A DNA stretch of 39,599 nucleotides, taken from positions 1 to 39,599 of IMG/VR virus record IMGVR_UViG_3300025723_000084. The stretch is one strand, 5' to 3'. Positions 28,579 to 38,016 of this stretch are shown here, piece after piece. Under the pieces are notes generated by a model. That model did not search any database. It was given only the letters and a program-made list of their open reading frames with translations, and was not told the DNA's origin. This DNA is from a virus (lineage: Duplodnaviria > Caudoviricetes). Position 1 is the stretch's first letter; the number at the start of each line of letters is the position of its first letter. The translations under genes and the position numbers were made by a program.

Positions 28579-31029
28579 ATGAAAATCAGTCACTTAAAAG
28601 AAGATTCAGAATACGGTCAACCAAATGCAACACAACCAGCCTTTCGTTCTGGTCGTAATCCCTATGAATTAGAGGAAACAACTACTAGTGGAGTAGTTGC
28701 ATCAGTATCGACTCCAGTAGGTACTACTATAAGTCGTAATGCAAGTGTATATCCTGGCAAATCTAAAGGCAGTATGCTCAAAGGTATCAAGACTAGCAAG
28801 AAGTATGCTAATAGTGCACATGTAAATGAAAGTTTGGATGTTCAATTAAGTAAAATTGATCCACCTGATCATGGTGAACCCGAAGGTGATTTTGTTAAGA
28901 ATCAACTACACACAATCAAACGTGTAACTAGTCACTTAGAGCGTATTGTAGGGAACAATGAAGATTTACCTGAATGGGTAGAAATGAAAATCAGTCAAGC
29001 TCAAGGCATGATGGTTGCTATCATGGGTTATATGGTAAGTTCTAAAGAACGTGAGTTAGAGCGTGAGTCTGGTAAAGAAGATATGATGGCTGAAGATGAA
29101 CAAGTTGACGGTATGGCATTAGGTGAATTAAAAGAAATTGTAAAAAATGCTAAACATATCTATCGTTCTGTAAAAAACGGTACTACACTAGATGGATGGA
29201 TGTATAGTTATGTTACTGTAAGTAATGATCATTTAAATAGTGTAGCAGAACAGATTGATAATCCTGCTATTAGAGAACCCCAAGGTGTGGCGGAGGGTCA
29301 GCGTTGGCCAGATGACCGCAACTCTTTATCTAAAAACGACCGTGACATAGAATTAATGAATCCCAAGGATGCTGACATCAATTGGAAAGATCGAAAAATT
29401 GCCACAAAAATAAAGCCAAGTATAACTAAAACCACAGTTGATAGACTTGACAAAGATACCAGTGTTCCCAACTTTTTAAAGAAAAAAGCTGGAACAGATA
29501 TTACAGAAGCTTACGATGAAGATGATGAATGTCATCACTGCCGAGGTACTGGTGAAGGTCAATATGACGGAACAAGTTGCAGTCATTGTCATGGTACTGG
29601 AGTAGCACGTCCAAATTACAATGATGATGAAAATTTTGATATTCCTGATGATTATAACAGTCTAAGAGAAGACCATATTGATGAAGATGTACTCGCTAAA
29701 AAATTAGCACAACAATTAAAATTGTTTAAGCGTGGCGTAGATAAAGAATTAGGTGCTAAACCAAAAGCAAAAGATATTAGTAATAAACCTGTTTACTCTA
29801 ATACATTAGAAAGTAAATCGAAAAATAGTTTACCCGGTGCAGTTAGTGGTATCAAAATCATGTCACCAGAAGAGTTTGTTAAAGGTGATGAAGAAGTTGA
29901 TGAAGCAACAAAGTTACCAGCACAACAACGTGAATTAGGTGGCAAAGAGTTTCAAGACTACATGAGTCGTATTAAAGGTACTGATGATATTGATAAGAAG
30001 ACTGGTAAAGTTAAGATAGATAAAAAAGGTTTACCAAAATATACAACTGGCAAAACAAAGACTGACAAGTATAAGATGCCTTATGTTCACCGTAGTAGTG
30101 CGATTGAATATTTGACACCAGATGGTAAAGCATTTAGTGAAGATGCTATTAAAAAAGCTATCATGCAAAGACCAAAGTCTTTGCTAAAACAGAATGAAAA
30201 AATGAAACATAGCAATGGAGAGTTAGAGCAATTCTTCAACGTAGGTTTTGCAGCATTGACTGGTATTGCAGTAGATGAGAGTACAGACAAGTTAATCATT
30301 GTTAACACATGCCCAGGAGCTGGTAGTTGTAAAGTAGATTGCTTTGCAATGAAGGGCGGTAAAATACAATTCAAGGCAGCATGGTTAAGTGATGCTAGAA
30401 TACTAACATACTTATTGAATGACCCAGATGGTTTCTTTAAACAATTAAGTGATGAAATTTCAAAAGAAGAAAAATTAGGTGATAAGGGTGGTTATGAAGT
30501 AACTATTCGTTGGCATGATGCTGGTGATTTCTTTAGTCCAGAGTATCAAGATTTGGCATTGAAAATGGCTGACAAGCACCCTGGTGTAAAGTTTTATGCT
30601 TATACAAAAATGGCTGATGCAGTATTAGCAAAGAAACCAGGTAACTTCATTATCAATTGGAGTGAAGGTGCAAATACAAGCCAAGAGAAAAAAGTTAAAG
30701 CAAAAGATGCATCATTGCAAACAACAAAGAATAGTCGTATTGTACCAACTAGTATGTTTGATGATTTGTTAGTTAAAGATGAAAAAGGTAACTTGAAAAA
30801 GGGTAGTAGTGGACAGTGGCAAATTCAACATGAAAAATTACCTGAATTGAAAGAACGATTAGCAAAAGCATATGGTATAAGTGCTAATAGCATTTTATCT
30901 TATCGTGAATGGGAAATTAGAGGTAAAAAGAATCCTTCAATGAAATGGAATGTTATTGTTGCTCCTGGTGAACCCGATTTAACAGCTAACGATCCAGGTG
31001 TGCTAAGTACATTATTATTAAGACATTAA
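28579..31029 (+). CDS. Multi-module (polyprotein-like) protein with a CxxCxGxG zinc finger and C-terminal Gp88-like domain
   Basis: MKISHLKE N-terminus; CHHCRGTG...CSHCHGTG; CPGAGSCKVDC, IRWHDAGDFFS and FYAYTK (phage Gp88 family motifs). Confidence 0.75.
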   Translation: MKISHLKEDSEYGQPNATQPAFRSGRNPYELEETTTSGVVASVSTPVGTTISRNASVYPGKSKGSMLKGIKTSKKYANSAHVNESLDVQLSKIDPPDHGEPEGDFVKNQLHTIKRVTSHLERIVGNNEDLPEWVEMKISQAQGMMVAIMGYMVSSKERELERESGKEDMMAEDEQVDGMALGELKEIVKNAKHIYRSVKNGTTLDGWMYSYVTVSNDHLNSVAEQIDNPAIREPQGVAEGQRWPDDRNSLSKNDRDIELMNPKDADINWKDRKIATKIKPSITKTTVDRLDKDTSVPNFLKKKAGTDITEAYDEDDECHHCRGTGEGQYDGTSCSHCHGTGVARPNYNDDENFDIPDDYNSLREDHIDEDVLAKKLAQQLKLFKRGVDKELGAKPKAKDISNKPVYSNTLESKSKNSLPGAVSGIKIMSPEEFVKGDEEVDEATKLPAQQRELGGKEFQDYMSRIKGTDDIDKKTGKVKIDKKGLPKYTTGKTKTDKYKMPYVHRSSAIEYLTPDGKAFSEDAIKKAIMQRPKSLLKQNEKMKHSNGELEQFFNVGFAALTGIAVDESTDKLIIVNTCPGAGSCKVDCFAMKGGKIQFKAAWLSDARILTYLLNDPDGFFKQLSDEISKEEKLGDKGGYEVTIRWHDAGDFFSPEYQDLALKMADKHPGVKFYAYTKMADAVLAKKPGNFIINWSEGANTSQEKKVKAKDASLQTTKNSRIVPTSMFDDLLVKDEKGNLKKGSSGQWQIQHEKLPELKERLAKAYGISANSILSYREWEIRGKKNPSMKWNVIVAPGEPDLTANDPGVLSTLLLRH

Positions 31030-31037
31030 GGAACAAA

Positions 31038-31481
31038 ATGTTAGTAGAAAACTTAAAAGTAGTTTTAGCAAGTAGCTTTACATTATATCTTAAAGCACAC
31101 AACTTTCACTGGAATATTGAGGGACCAGACTTCCCCCAGTATCATTTATTTTTAGATAATTTTAATACAGAAATATTTGAAAATGCAGTAGATAGAAGTG
31201 CAGAGTTTATTCGTGCATTGGATCATTATACTCCAGGTAGCTTAACACGATTTAAAGAATTGAGTATTATAGAAGATCAAACATTAATTCCACGTGCTGA
31301 ACTAATGATGGCTGAATTATATGAAGATAACGCAAAGTTATTAGCATACCTAAAAGAAACATTTCATGTAGCAGAGCAAGAAGATGAACAAGGTGTTGCT
31401 AACTTTATTGCTGAACGTATCGATGCACATGGTAAGCATGGATGGATGCTACGTAGTATACTTAAAAAACAACGAGCATAA
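31038..31481 (+). CDS. dps: Dps/ferritin-like DNA-protecting protein
   Basis: LYLKAHNFHWNIEGPDF.QYH, D..AE.IRAL, K..WML. Confidence 0.92.
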   Translation: MLVENLKVVLASSFTLYLKAHNFHWNIEGPDFPQYHLFLDNFNTEIFENAVDRSAEFIRALDHYTPGSLTRFKELSIIEDQTLIPRAELMMAELYEDNAKLLAYLKETFHVAEQEDEQGVANFIAERIDAHGKHGWMLRSILKKQRA

Positions 31482-31486
31482 TTCTT

Positions 31487-31993
31487 ATGAGAATTAATGA
31501 GGTATTAAACTCTATCCCAAATGAAAAAGCTAAATGGGGAGGTGTTTTTCCTGATGATGGCATGGATCAATTTGATTTCAAAACTAACAATGGGATTGGA
31601 TATGAATTACACTTCTTAGCACCTGGATTTGCTCCCGACGAAATTGATCTTTCTGATTTTGATTTTTTTAATGATATCTCAGATGAAGCATATGATAATA
31701 GTAGATTCATAGAATTTAATCAAGTACCTACAAATAGATATCAAAGAGGTGCACAAGGTATTGAAGGTACTGGATCTGCAGCAGAAGTATTTGGTATAGT
31801 AGTTAATTCTATCATTCAATATATAAAAAAACATAATACACCTTTAATTTATTTTCAAGCCGCTGAACCTAATCGCAGAAGTTTGTATATTAAGATAATT
31901 CAAAGATTGTTGGCATCTATGCCTGGTTGGAAGTATAAAAAATCTGATGATGGTGGAAAGTTTGCACTCTACAATCCTAAGGCGATAGTATAA
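31487..31993 (+). CDS. Hypothetical protein, putative internal head protein
   Basis: MRINE N-terminus; GTG.A.EVF..V...I..Y.......I.F.A.EP.R.SLY block. Confidence 0.75.
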   Translation: MRINEVLNSIPNEKAKWGGVFPDDGMDQFDFKTNNGIGYELHFLAPGFAPDEIDLSDFDFFNDISDEAYDNSRFIEFNQVPTNRYQRGAQGIEGTGSAAEVFGIVVNSIIQYIKKHNTPLIYFQAAEPNRRSLYIKIIQRLLASMPGWKYKKSDDGGKFALYNPKAIV

Positions 31994-32070
31994 TGAGAGA
32001 AAATGAATACCCAGTATATCCAGAAGACGATGGATATGATAGATACAAAAACCCATATAGCCCAGTATGA
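31993..32070 (+). CDS. 25-aa micro-protein MRENEYPVYPEDDGYDRYKNPYSPV
   Basis: Fills the gap exactly, with a TAATG overlap upstream and an ATGA overlap downstream. Confidence 0.65.
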   Translation: MRENEYPVYPEDDGYDRYKNPYSPV

Positions 32071-32555
32071 AAATAAGTGACTTTCAAATACATGACTATA
32101 AAAAACTAGACAACATACTACTTGAGTTATGTGAGATGATTATTGACGGGCAAAAGAAAGATAGTGAATACTATGGAATGGTCGCTAGTTGTGTAGTAGA
32201 CATGCACAATAATAAAGTATATGGTATAAACTACCCTAAAGATGGTAAGCGTGTACATGGTGAAAGAGCCGCGGTAGATAACTATCACAAAAAGTTTGGT
32301 GATATAGGTGAAGGTAGCATTATCATCACCACTTGTAGCCCTTGCTCAGAGGGTATGGATGAGCGATACGGTGAGAGTTGTACAGACTTAATTGATAGTT
32401 TAGGCATTCATAAAGTCTATTGTGGATATAGTGATCCATCACAAGATGATAGTAAAAATTATCAATACAAAAAGTTTCATACTGAAACAACAAAAAACAA
32501 GAAAATAGAAGAACTCTGTAAGAAGTTTGCAGATACATTTCTTAATCCAAAATAA
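32067..32555 (+). CDS. Zn-dependent cytidine-deaminase-fold protein
   Basis: HGERAA (HxE), TTCSPC...SC..LI...GI.KVY.G..DP (RibD-like spacing). Confidence 0.85.
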   Translation: MKISDFQIHDYKKLDNILLELCEMIIDGQKKDSEYYGMVASCVVDMHNNKVYGINYPKDGKRVHGERAAVDNYHKKFGDIGEGSIIITTCSPCSEGMDERYGESCTDLIDSLGIHKVYCGYSDPSQDDSKNYQYKKFHTETTKNKKIEELCKKFADTFLNPK

Positions 32556-32563
32556 GATAAATA
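32556..32563 (+). promoter_or_regulatory. Putative late promoter GATAAATA
   Basis: Directly after the deaminase stop and upstream of 32588. Confidence 0.6.
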
Positions 32564-32587
32564 CAGTATAAAGGTATAAAAATAAGT

Positions 32588-34468
32588 ATGGCTACACAAA
32601 ACTATCATGTATTAAAGAACTCAAGCGTTCTTGTTCCGGCAACTACCGCGGACTTGGGATCGGTAAGTCAACCATATGGAAATCTATATCTAGCTGGTAA
32701 CTTGACATTAGGTGGTGGAGCTGGTACAATTACTGCTACAAGTACTGTAGTCCCTAAAATATCAGGTCTTACATACCCTAATGGAGAAACTGCTGCTATT
32801 CCAACTGGTGGTGAAACCATTATTGTCAATGGTAGCGGATTTTTAAATGGTATCAATGTATATGTAAATAATCTAATTGTAGGTAGCACATCATTAATAA
32901 GCGGAACACAAATATCATTCACAAGTCCAGTACTAGCGGCAGGTAATTATCCATTAGCAGTTGTTAATAGTGACGGGGGAAGTGCAACATTTGTTGCTGG
33001 CATCACATATAGCAATGTACCTGTTTGGACAACCAGTGCAGGTAGTTTAGGTACATATCAAGAGGGAAATACTGTGTTGTCTACTCTTGCTGCAACAGAC
33101 GGTGCTTTAAGTATTACATATTCAATAACTAGCGGTAGCTTGCCAGGTGGATTGAGTTTAGGTAGTGCAAATGGTAACATTACTGGTACACTATCAAATG
33201 TAGTATCATCTAGCGTTACATATAATTTTACTGTTGGTGCCGCAGACCCAGCTAATCAAGTCGTCACACGCAATTTTAGTTATGTAATTAATGGAGATAG
33301 TATTACATGGAGTAATCCAACTAATGCATCAAGTTATAACCTTGCTAATGCATCAGCGATGTCCAATATTACATTAAGTGCTACAAGCGCATTTGGTAGA
33401 AGTGTTACATATAACGCAGTTTGTTTACCAACTGGAGTTAGTTTAAGTGGTGGAAATATTACAGGAACACCAACTGTTACCGGAACTAAAACTGCAACAA
33501 TCTATGCGAATACAAATACCAAATCAGCAAGCATAAGTGTTACATTTAAGGTAGCAGATCCAACCGTAGCTGCTACGGGTGGTACAGTTACTACAGTTGG
33601 CTGTTACAAAATTCATACGTTCATTTGCTCAGGTGCATTTACAGTTACTGCCCCCGGTAGTGTTGAAATTGTAGCAGTTGCAGGAGGTGGTGCAGGAGGT
33701 AGTGGTTATGGTGGAGGCGGAGCCGGTGGTATTATATACCACCCCTCATTAAGTGTAACATCTCAAACTTATACGATTTCTATTGGTGCAGGTGGTACAG
33801 CAGTTACAAATCGCGGACATAACGGTTCAGATACTACCGCTTTAGGGTTAACTGCTAAAGGAGGCGGTGGCGGAGGCGGAGCTGGATATTATCCTTCTCT
33901 AGCATGTGTTACCGGTGCTGACGGGGGTAGTGGCGGAGGCGGTGGAGGTGAAAGTAGATTTTGTGGTCCAGGTGGCGGAGGAAAAACTATACAAGCGTGT
34001 TATACTGTGACAGGTGCCACAACATACGGACACAAAGGTGCTGGCTATACAGGTGGTTGCTTTTTTGGAGCAGGTGGTGGTGGTGGTGCCGGCGCAGCCG
34101 GCATATTTGGAAGTTCATATGGTCACACTTATATCAGAGGTGGCGCCGGCGGTGCAGGTATAGTGAACCCGATAAGTGGTTCTACTATAGGTCAATGTGT
34201 CTCTGGTACTAGATATATCGGTGGGGGAGGCGGAAGTAATAGTGGTGTAGCTTGTAATGGCGGTCAAGAAATTGGTGCAGGTGGTATCGGGGGCGGAGGA
34301 AACTCTGGTGATCCTACTGGATGTTTAAATCGTTGCTGTTGTAAGAGACCAGGAAAACCCGGTACAGTAAATACGGGGGGCGGCGGGGGCGGTGGCGCAA
34401 AGGCAGCTTGTGCCCCAGGTGGAAGGGGCGGTTCTGGAGTAGTTATTGTAAAATACAAATACCAATAA
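32588..34468 (+). CDS. Virion adhesin-like protein: IPT/TIG + Ig-like domains + glycine-rich C-terminal domain (paralogue 1)
   Basis: GGETI.V.GSGF, GSLPGGLSL, YKIHTF, VAGGGAGG, NTGGGGGG, GGSGVVIVKY. Confidence 0.8.
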   Translation: MATQNYHVLKNSSVLVPATTADLGSVSQPYGNLYLAGNLTLGGGAGTITATSTVVPKISGLTYPNGETAAIPTGGETIIVNGSGFLNGINVYVNNLIVGSTSLISGTQISFTSPVLAAGNYPLAVVNSDGGSATFVAGITYSNVPVWTTSAGSLGTYQEGNTVLSTLAATDGALSITYSITSGSLPGGLSLGSANGNITGTLSNVVSSSVTYNFTVGAADPANQVVTRNFSYVINGDSITWSNPTNASSYNLANASAMSNITLSATSAFGRSVTYNAVCLPTGVSLSGGNITGTPTVTGTKTATIYANTNTKSASISVTFKVADPTVAATGGTVTTVGCYKIHTFICSGAFTVTAPGSVEIVAVAGGGAGGSGYGGGGAGGIIYHPSLSVTSQTYTISIGAGGTAVTNRGHNGSDTTALGLTAKGGGGGGGAGYYPSLACVTGADGGSGGGGGGESRFCGPGGGGKTIQACYTVTGATTYGHKGAGYTGGCFFGAGGGGGAGAAGIFGSSYGHTYIRGGAGGAGIVNPISGSTIGQCVSGTRYIGGGGGSNSGVACNGGQEIGAGGIGGGGNSGDPTGCLNRCCCKRPGKPGTVNTGGGGGGGAKAACAPGGRGGSGVVIVKYKYQ

Positions 34469-34492
34469 GATAAAATAAGAGATTAAAATAAA

Positions 34493-36292
34493 ATGGCAAC
34501 ACAAAATTATCATACATTAAAGAACTCAAGTGTTCTTGTACCAGCAACTAGTGCTGATTTAGGAACAAGTCAGCAGCCATATGGTAACTTATATCTAGCT
34601 GGTAACTTGACATTAGGTGGCGGAGCAGGTACGATTACTGCTACAAGTACAGTGGTTCCTAAAATATCAGGATTGACTTATCCAAATGGTGCAACTGCCG
34701 CGAATCCTACAGGTGGAGAAACAATCACTATCAATGGCAGTGGTTTCTTATCTGGTCTTAATGTATATGTAAATAATTTACAAGTAGCTAGTGCTAGTCA
34801 AGTCAGCTTAACACAAGCTACATTTGTGAGTCCTGTGAATTCAGCAGGTAACTATCCATTAGCAGTTGTTAATAGTGATGGAGGTAGTGCGACATTTGTT
34901 GCTGGAATCACATATAGCAATGTACCTGTATGGACAACTAGTGCAGGTAGCCTTGGAACGTTCCAAGAAGGAAATAGTATAGCAAACACAATTGCAGCTA
35001 CTGACGGAGCATTATCAATAACTTATTCAGTTACTAGTGGTAGCTTACCTGGTGGATTGAGTTTAGGCAGTGCAAATGGTAACATTACTGGTACATTATC
35101 AAATGTAACTGCAGGAACTAATGTAACTTATAATTTTACTGTTGGTGCTGCCGACCCAGCTAATCAAGTCGTTACACGTAATTTTAGTTATGTGGTGAGC
35201 GGTGATACAGTTACTTGGAGTAGTCCAACTAACGGAACAAACAAATCAATTGTCACAGGTGGTGCCATATCTAATATTGGTTTAAGTGCAACAAGTACAT
35301 TTGGTCGTACTGTAACATATGGTGCAACCTGTTTACCAACTGGTTTAAGTATCAGTGGTGGAAATATTGTAGGTACACCAACTGTAATAGGTACTAAAAC
35401 TGCAACTATATATGCTAATACAAATACTAAATCATCTAGTATTACAGTTAACTTTACTGTAACTAGTCCGTTCATTAGTGCTACAGGTGGTACAATAACA
35501 ACAGTAGGTAACTACAAAATTCATACATTCACTACAGGTAGTACATTCACACCCTCAGTTGGTGGAACTGTTCAATACCTAATTGTCGGCGGTGGAGGTG
35601 GCGGAGGTGGTAGCGGATATACCTTCGGTGCCGGCGGAGGTGCTGGTGGATTCGTAACCGGATGTACTACTGTAACTGCACAGGCATATACTATATGTGT
35701 TGGCGGTGGAGGAGCTGCTGGTTCGGCTGGCTGTAATTCTGTTGCATTTGGTATCACTGCATATGGCGGTGGGGTTGGTGGTACTTTAGGATCACCCGGA
35801 GGCGGCGGTGGTAGCGGAGGCGGTGGTGGTGGAGGAACTAGTTCATGTTTCCCGGGACCAGCCGGTGGGTCTGCTACGCACGGTAGCCAAGGTCACAGTG
35901 GTGGAAGAGGTAATAGATTTCCTAGTTGTGGTAGATCACCTGGCGGTGGAGGAGGCGGAGCCGGCGCAATAGGTGCATGTGGTTCTTTTTCTGGTGCAAC
36001 AGGTGGTGACGGCTTACCAAATCCAATATCTGGTTCTACAATAGGTCAATGCGTTAGCGGTACTCTTTATGTAGCCGGTGGCGGTGGCGGTGGCGGAGGT
36101 GGAAACTTCTGCGGAGGTGGAATAGGAGGTGCCGGTGGCGGTGGAAGAGGGGGAACTTATATAAACTGTAGAGGTTCATATTCCGGATACAACGCAACTG
36201 TTAACACTGGTGGCGGTGGCGGCGGCGGTGGACCTAGAGGTGCCTATCAGGGAGGCTCAGGGGTAGTAATTATTAAATATCAGTTCCAATAA
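34493..36292 (+). CDS. Virion adhesin-like protein: IPT/TIG + Ig-like domains + glycine-rich C-terminal domain (paralogue 2)
   Basis: Tandem paralogue of 32588-34468 with a near-identical N-terminal half. Confidence 0.8.
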   Translation: MATQNYHTLKNSSVLVPATSADLGTSQQPYGNLYLAGNLTLGGGAGTITATSTVVPKISGLTYPNGATAANPTGGETITINGSGFLSGLNVYVNNLQVASASQVSLTQATFVSPVNSAGNYPLAVVNSDGGSATFVAGITYSNVPVWTTSAGSLGTFQEGNSIANTIAATDGALSITYSVTSGSLPGGLSLGSANGNITGTLSNVTAGTNVTYNFTVGAADPANQVVTRNFSYVVSGDTVTWSSPTNGTNKSIVTGGAISNIGLSATSTFGRTVTYGATCLPTGLSISGGNIVGTPTVIGTKTATIYANTNTKSSSITVNFTVTSPFISATGGTITTVGNYKIHTFTTGSTFTPSVGGTVQYLIVGGGGGGGGSGYTFGAGGGAGGFVTGCTTVTAQAYTICVGGGGAAGSAGCNSVAFGITAYGGGVGGTLGSPGGGGGSGGGGGGGTSSCFPGPAGGSATHGSQGHSGGRGNRFPSCGRSPGGGGGGAGAIGACGSFSGATGGDGLPNPISGSTIGQCVSGTLYVAGGGGGGGGGNFCGGGIGGAGGGGRGGTYINCRGSYSGYNATVNTGGGGGGGGPRGAYQGGSGVVIIKYQFQ

Positions 36293-36358
36293 CCATAAAA
36301 TCACAAACCCAACAAATCACTAATAAATATTAGTATATTTTAATAAAGAGAAAATAAC

Positions 36359-37699
36359 ATGCATTTTGACAACGTAAAATTTGATAACATATCAATCGTA
36401 CCTCCACCAACAGTACCCGGAGTACCTATTATAGGTAAAGCAACAGCAATCGGAACAACAACTGTTAGTGTATCATTTACTCAACCAGTAAGCAACGGCG
36501 GTGCTACTATAACAAGTTACACAGTTACAAGTAGCCCAGGTGGATTAACTGGTACTGGAGCAGCTAGTCCAATTACTGTGTCAGGTCTGACTTCCGGCAC
36601 TCCTTATACATTTACAGTAAAAGCTACTAATGTAGTTGGTACTGGATCAGATAGCAGTAACAGTAATAGTGTTACACCTCCTCCTCCTTTCCAAGGATTT
36701 AATACCCCTGCTGCAATGAACGGTAGCGGGACTACTACAAATATGACCGCTGTAACTGTTAATAGTTCAGGGTTATTTGTTGCAGTCGGTGGTGATAGTA
36801 GCTTATATCCAATGTACGCTACTTCAAGCAACGGCAGTACTTGGACTACACCTGCTAGAATGAACGGTAGTTCGACTTATGCACGTATGCGTGGAGTAAC
36901 GGTAAATAGTGCGGGGTTATTTGTTGCAGTTGGCAATGACAGTAGCGGTGCTTCACTTTATGCAACTTCTAGTGACGGAAGCACTTGGACTACACCTGCT
37001 AGAATGAACGGTAGTGGAGTTGGTGCAACGATGTATGGAGTAACGGTCAACAGCGCAGGATTATTTGTTGCAGTTGGCGCTGGTTCTAATGGGGTATATG
37101 CCACTTCTAGTGACGGAAGTACTTGGACTACACCTGCTACAATGGGCAGTGGACTTGCAGCAACCATGTCATCGGTTACTGTCAACAGCGCAGGATTATT
37201 TGTTGCAGTTGGCTATGATAACAGTTATACTTTTCCACTCTATGCAACAAGTAGCAACGGAAGCACTTGGACTACACCTGCACAAATGAACGGTAGTTCT
37301 GTTTATGCTCAGATGAATTCAGTAACTGTTAATAGTTCGGGAGTATTTGTTGCAGTTGGAAAAGATACTAATGGTTATCCAATTTATGCAACATCTAGTA
37401 ATGGCAGTACTTGGACTACACCTACTACAATAAACGGTAGTACATCTAACATAAGGATGACTGGAGTAACTGTTAACAACATTTTAGGATTATTTGTTGC
37501 AGTTGGATATGGTTCTTATCCTAATCCGGGATATTATGCAACAAGTAGTAATGGCAGTACTTGGACTACACCTGCACTAATGAACGGTAGTGGATCTGCT
37601 GCATTGATGAATGCAGTAACTACAATCAGTACGGGATTATTTGTTGCAGTTGGCACAGGTGGTGCAGCTAGTGCTCCATACTATGCAACATCAAATTAA
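36359..37699 (+). CDS. Fibronectin type III domain + 7-repeat Asp-box (BNR-like) beta-propeller
   Basis: FN3 motifs P..NGG..ITSYTV and GLT.GT.YTFTV.ATN..G; repeats VTVNS.GLFVAVG...YATSS[ND]GSTWTTP; AATAAATA at 36322-36329. Confidence 0.85.
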   Translation: MHFDNVKFDNISIVPPPTVPGVPIIGKATAIGTTTVSVSFTQPVSNGGATITSYTVTSSPGGLTGTGAASPITVSGLTSGTPYTFTVKATNVVGTGSDSSNSNSVTPPPPFQGFNTPAAMNGSGTTTNMTAVTVNSSGLFVAVGGDSSLYPMYATSSNGSTWTTPARMNGSSTYARMRGVTVNSAGLFVAVGNDSSGASLYATSSDGSTWTTPARMNGSGVGATMYGVTVNSAGLFVAVGAGSNGVYATSSDGSTWTTPATMGSGLAATMSSVTVNSAGLFVAVGYDNSYTFPLYATSSNGSTWTTPAQMNGSSVYAQMNSVTVNSSGVFVAVGKDTNGYPIYATSSNGSTWTTPTTINGSTSNIRMTGVTVNNILGLFVAVGYGSYPNPGYYATSSNGSTWTTPALMNGSGSAALMNAVTTISTGLFVAVGTGGAASAPYYATSN

Positions 37700-37764
37700 A
37701 GATATATTAGATGGTACTATACATTCACAACTACCGAAATGTGTGCCGCTTAATAAATATAAAA

Positions 37765-38016
37765 TTATTCTGATTTAGTTGGGCTGATAATGGCGGTAGA
37801 TGTTTCACGATCTATCGTCATATAACCCTCACAACTGAAATTCCAATCGTCATTTCCCATACCATCGCCGGTAGTTTCATCGTATGTTGGAACATTGACT
37901 TTAAAGTGTTTGAATAAGAATTCTTTACCATTCTCAAATACACGCCAAACATGGTCTTTACTACCACGACCTGGCATACCTCTACTCTTGTTAAAACGAA
38001 TGTGATACTTGTTCAT
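37765..38016 (-). CDS. Hypothetical phage protein
   Basis: 83 aa, ATGA-coupled to the oxygenase; IRFNKSRG.PGRG..HVWRVFENG. Confidence 0.8.
   Translation of the reverse strand: MNKYHIRFNKSRGMPGRGSKDHVWRVFENGKEFLFKHFKVNVPTYDETTGDGMGNDDWNFSCEGYMTIDRETSTAIISPTKSE

Noticed and set aside
36760-37660. CRISPR-like regularly spaced repeats
   Set aside because: The repeats are in-frame, degenerate at third positions and encode propeller blades; no cas genes.
32588-37699. Diversity-generating retroelement acting on adhesin repeats
   Set aside because: No reverse transcriptase in the window, and differences between repeats are not adenine-specific.
37700-37764. Possible remnant of a Gly-rich adhesin gene (YTFTTT-like words)
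   Set aside because: Too short to support.
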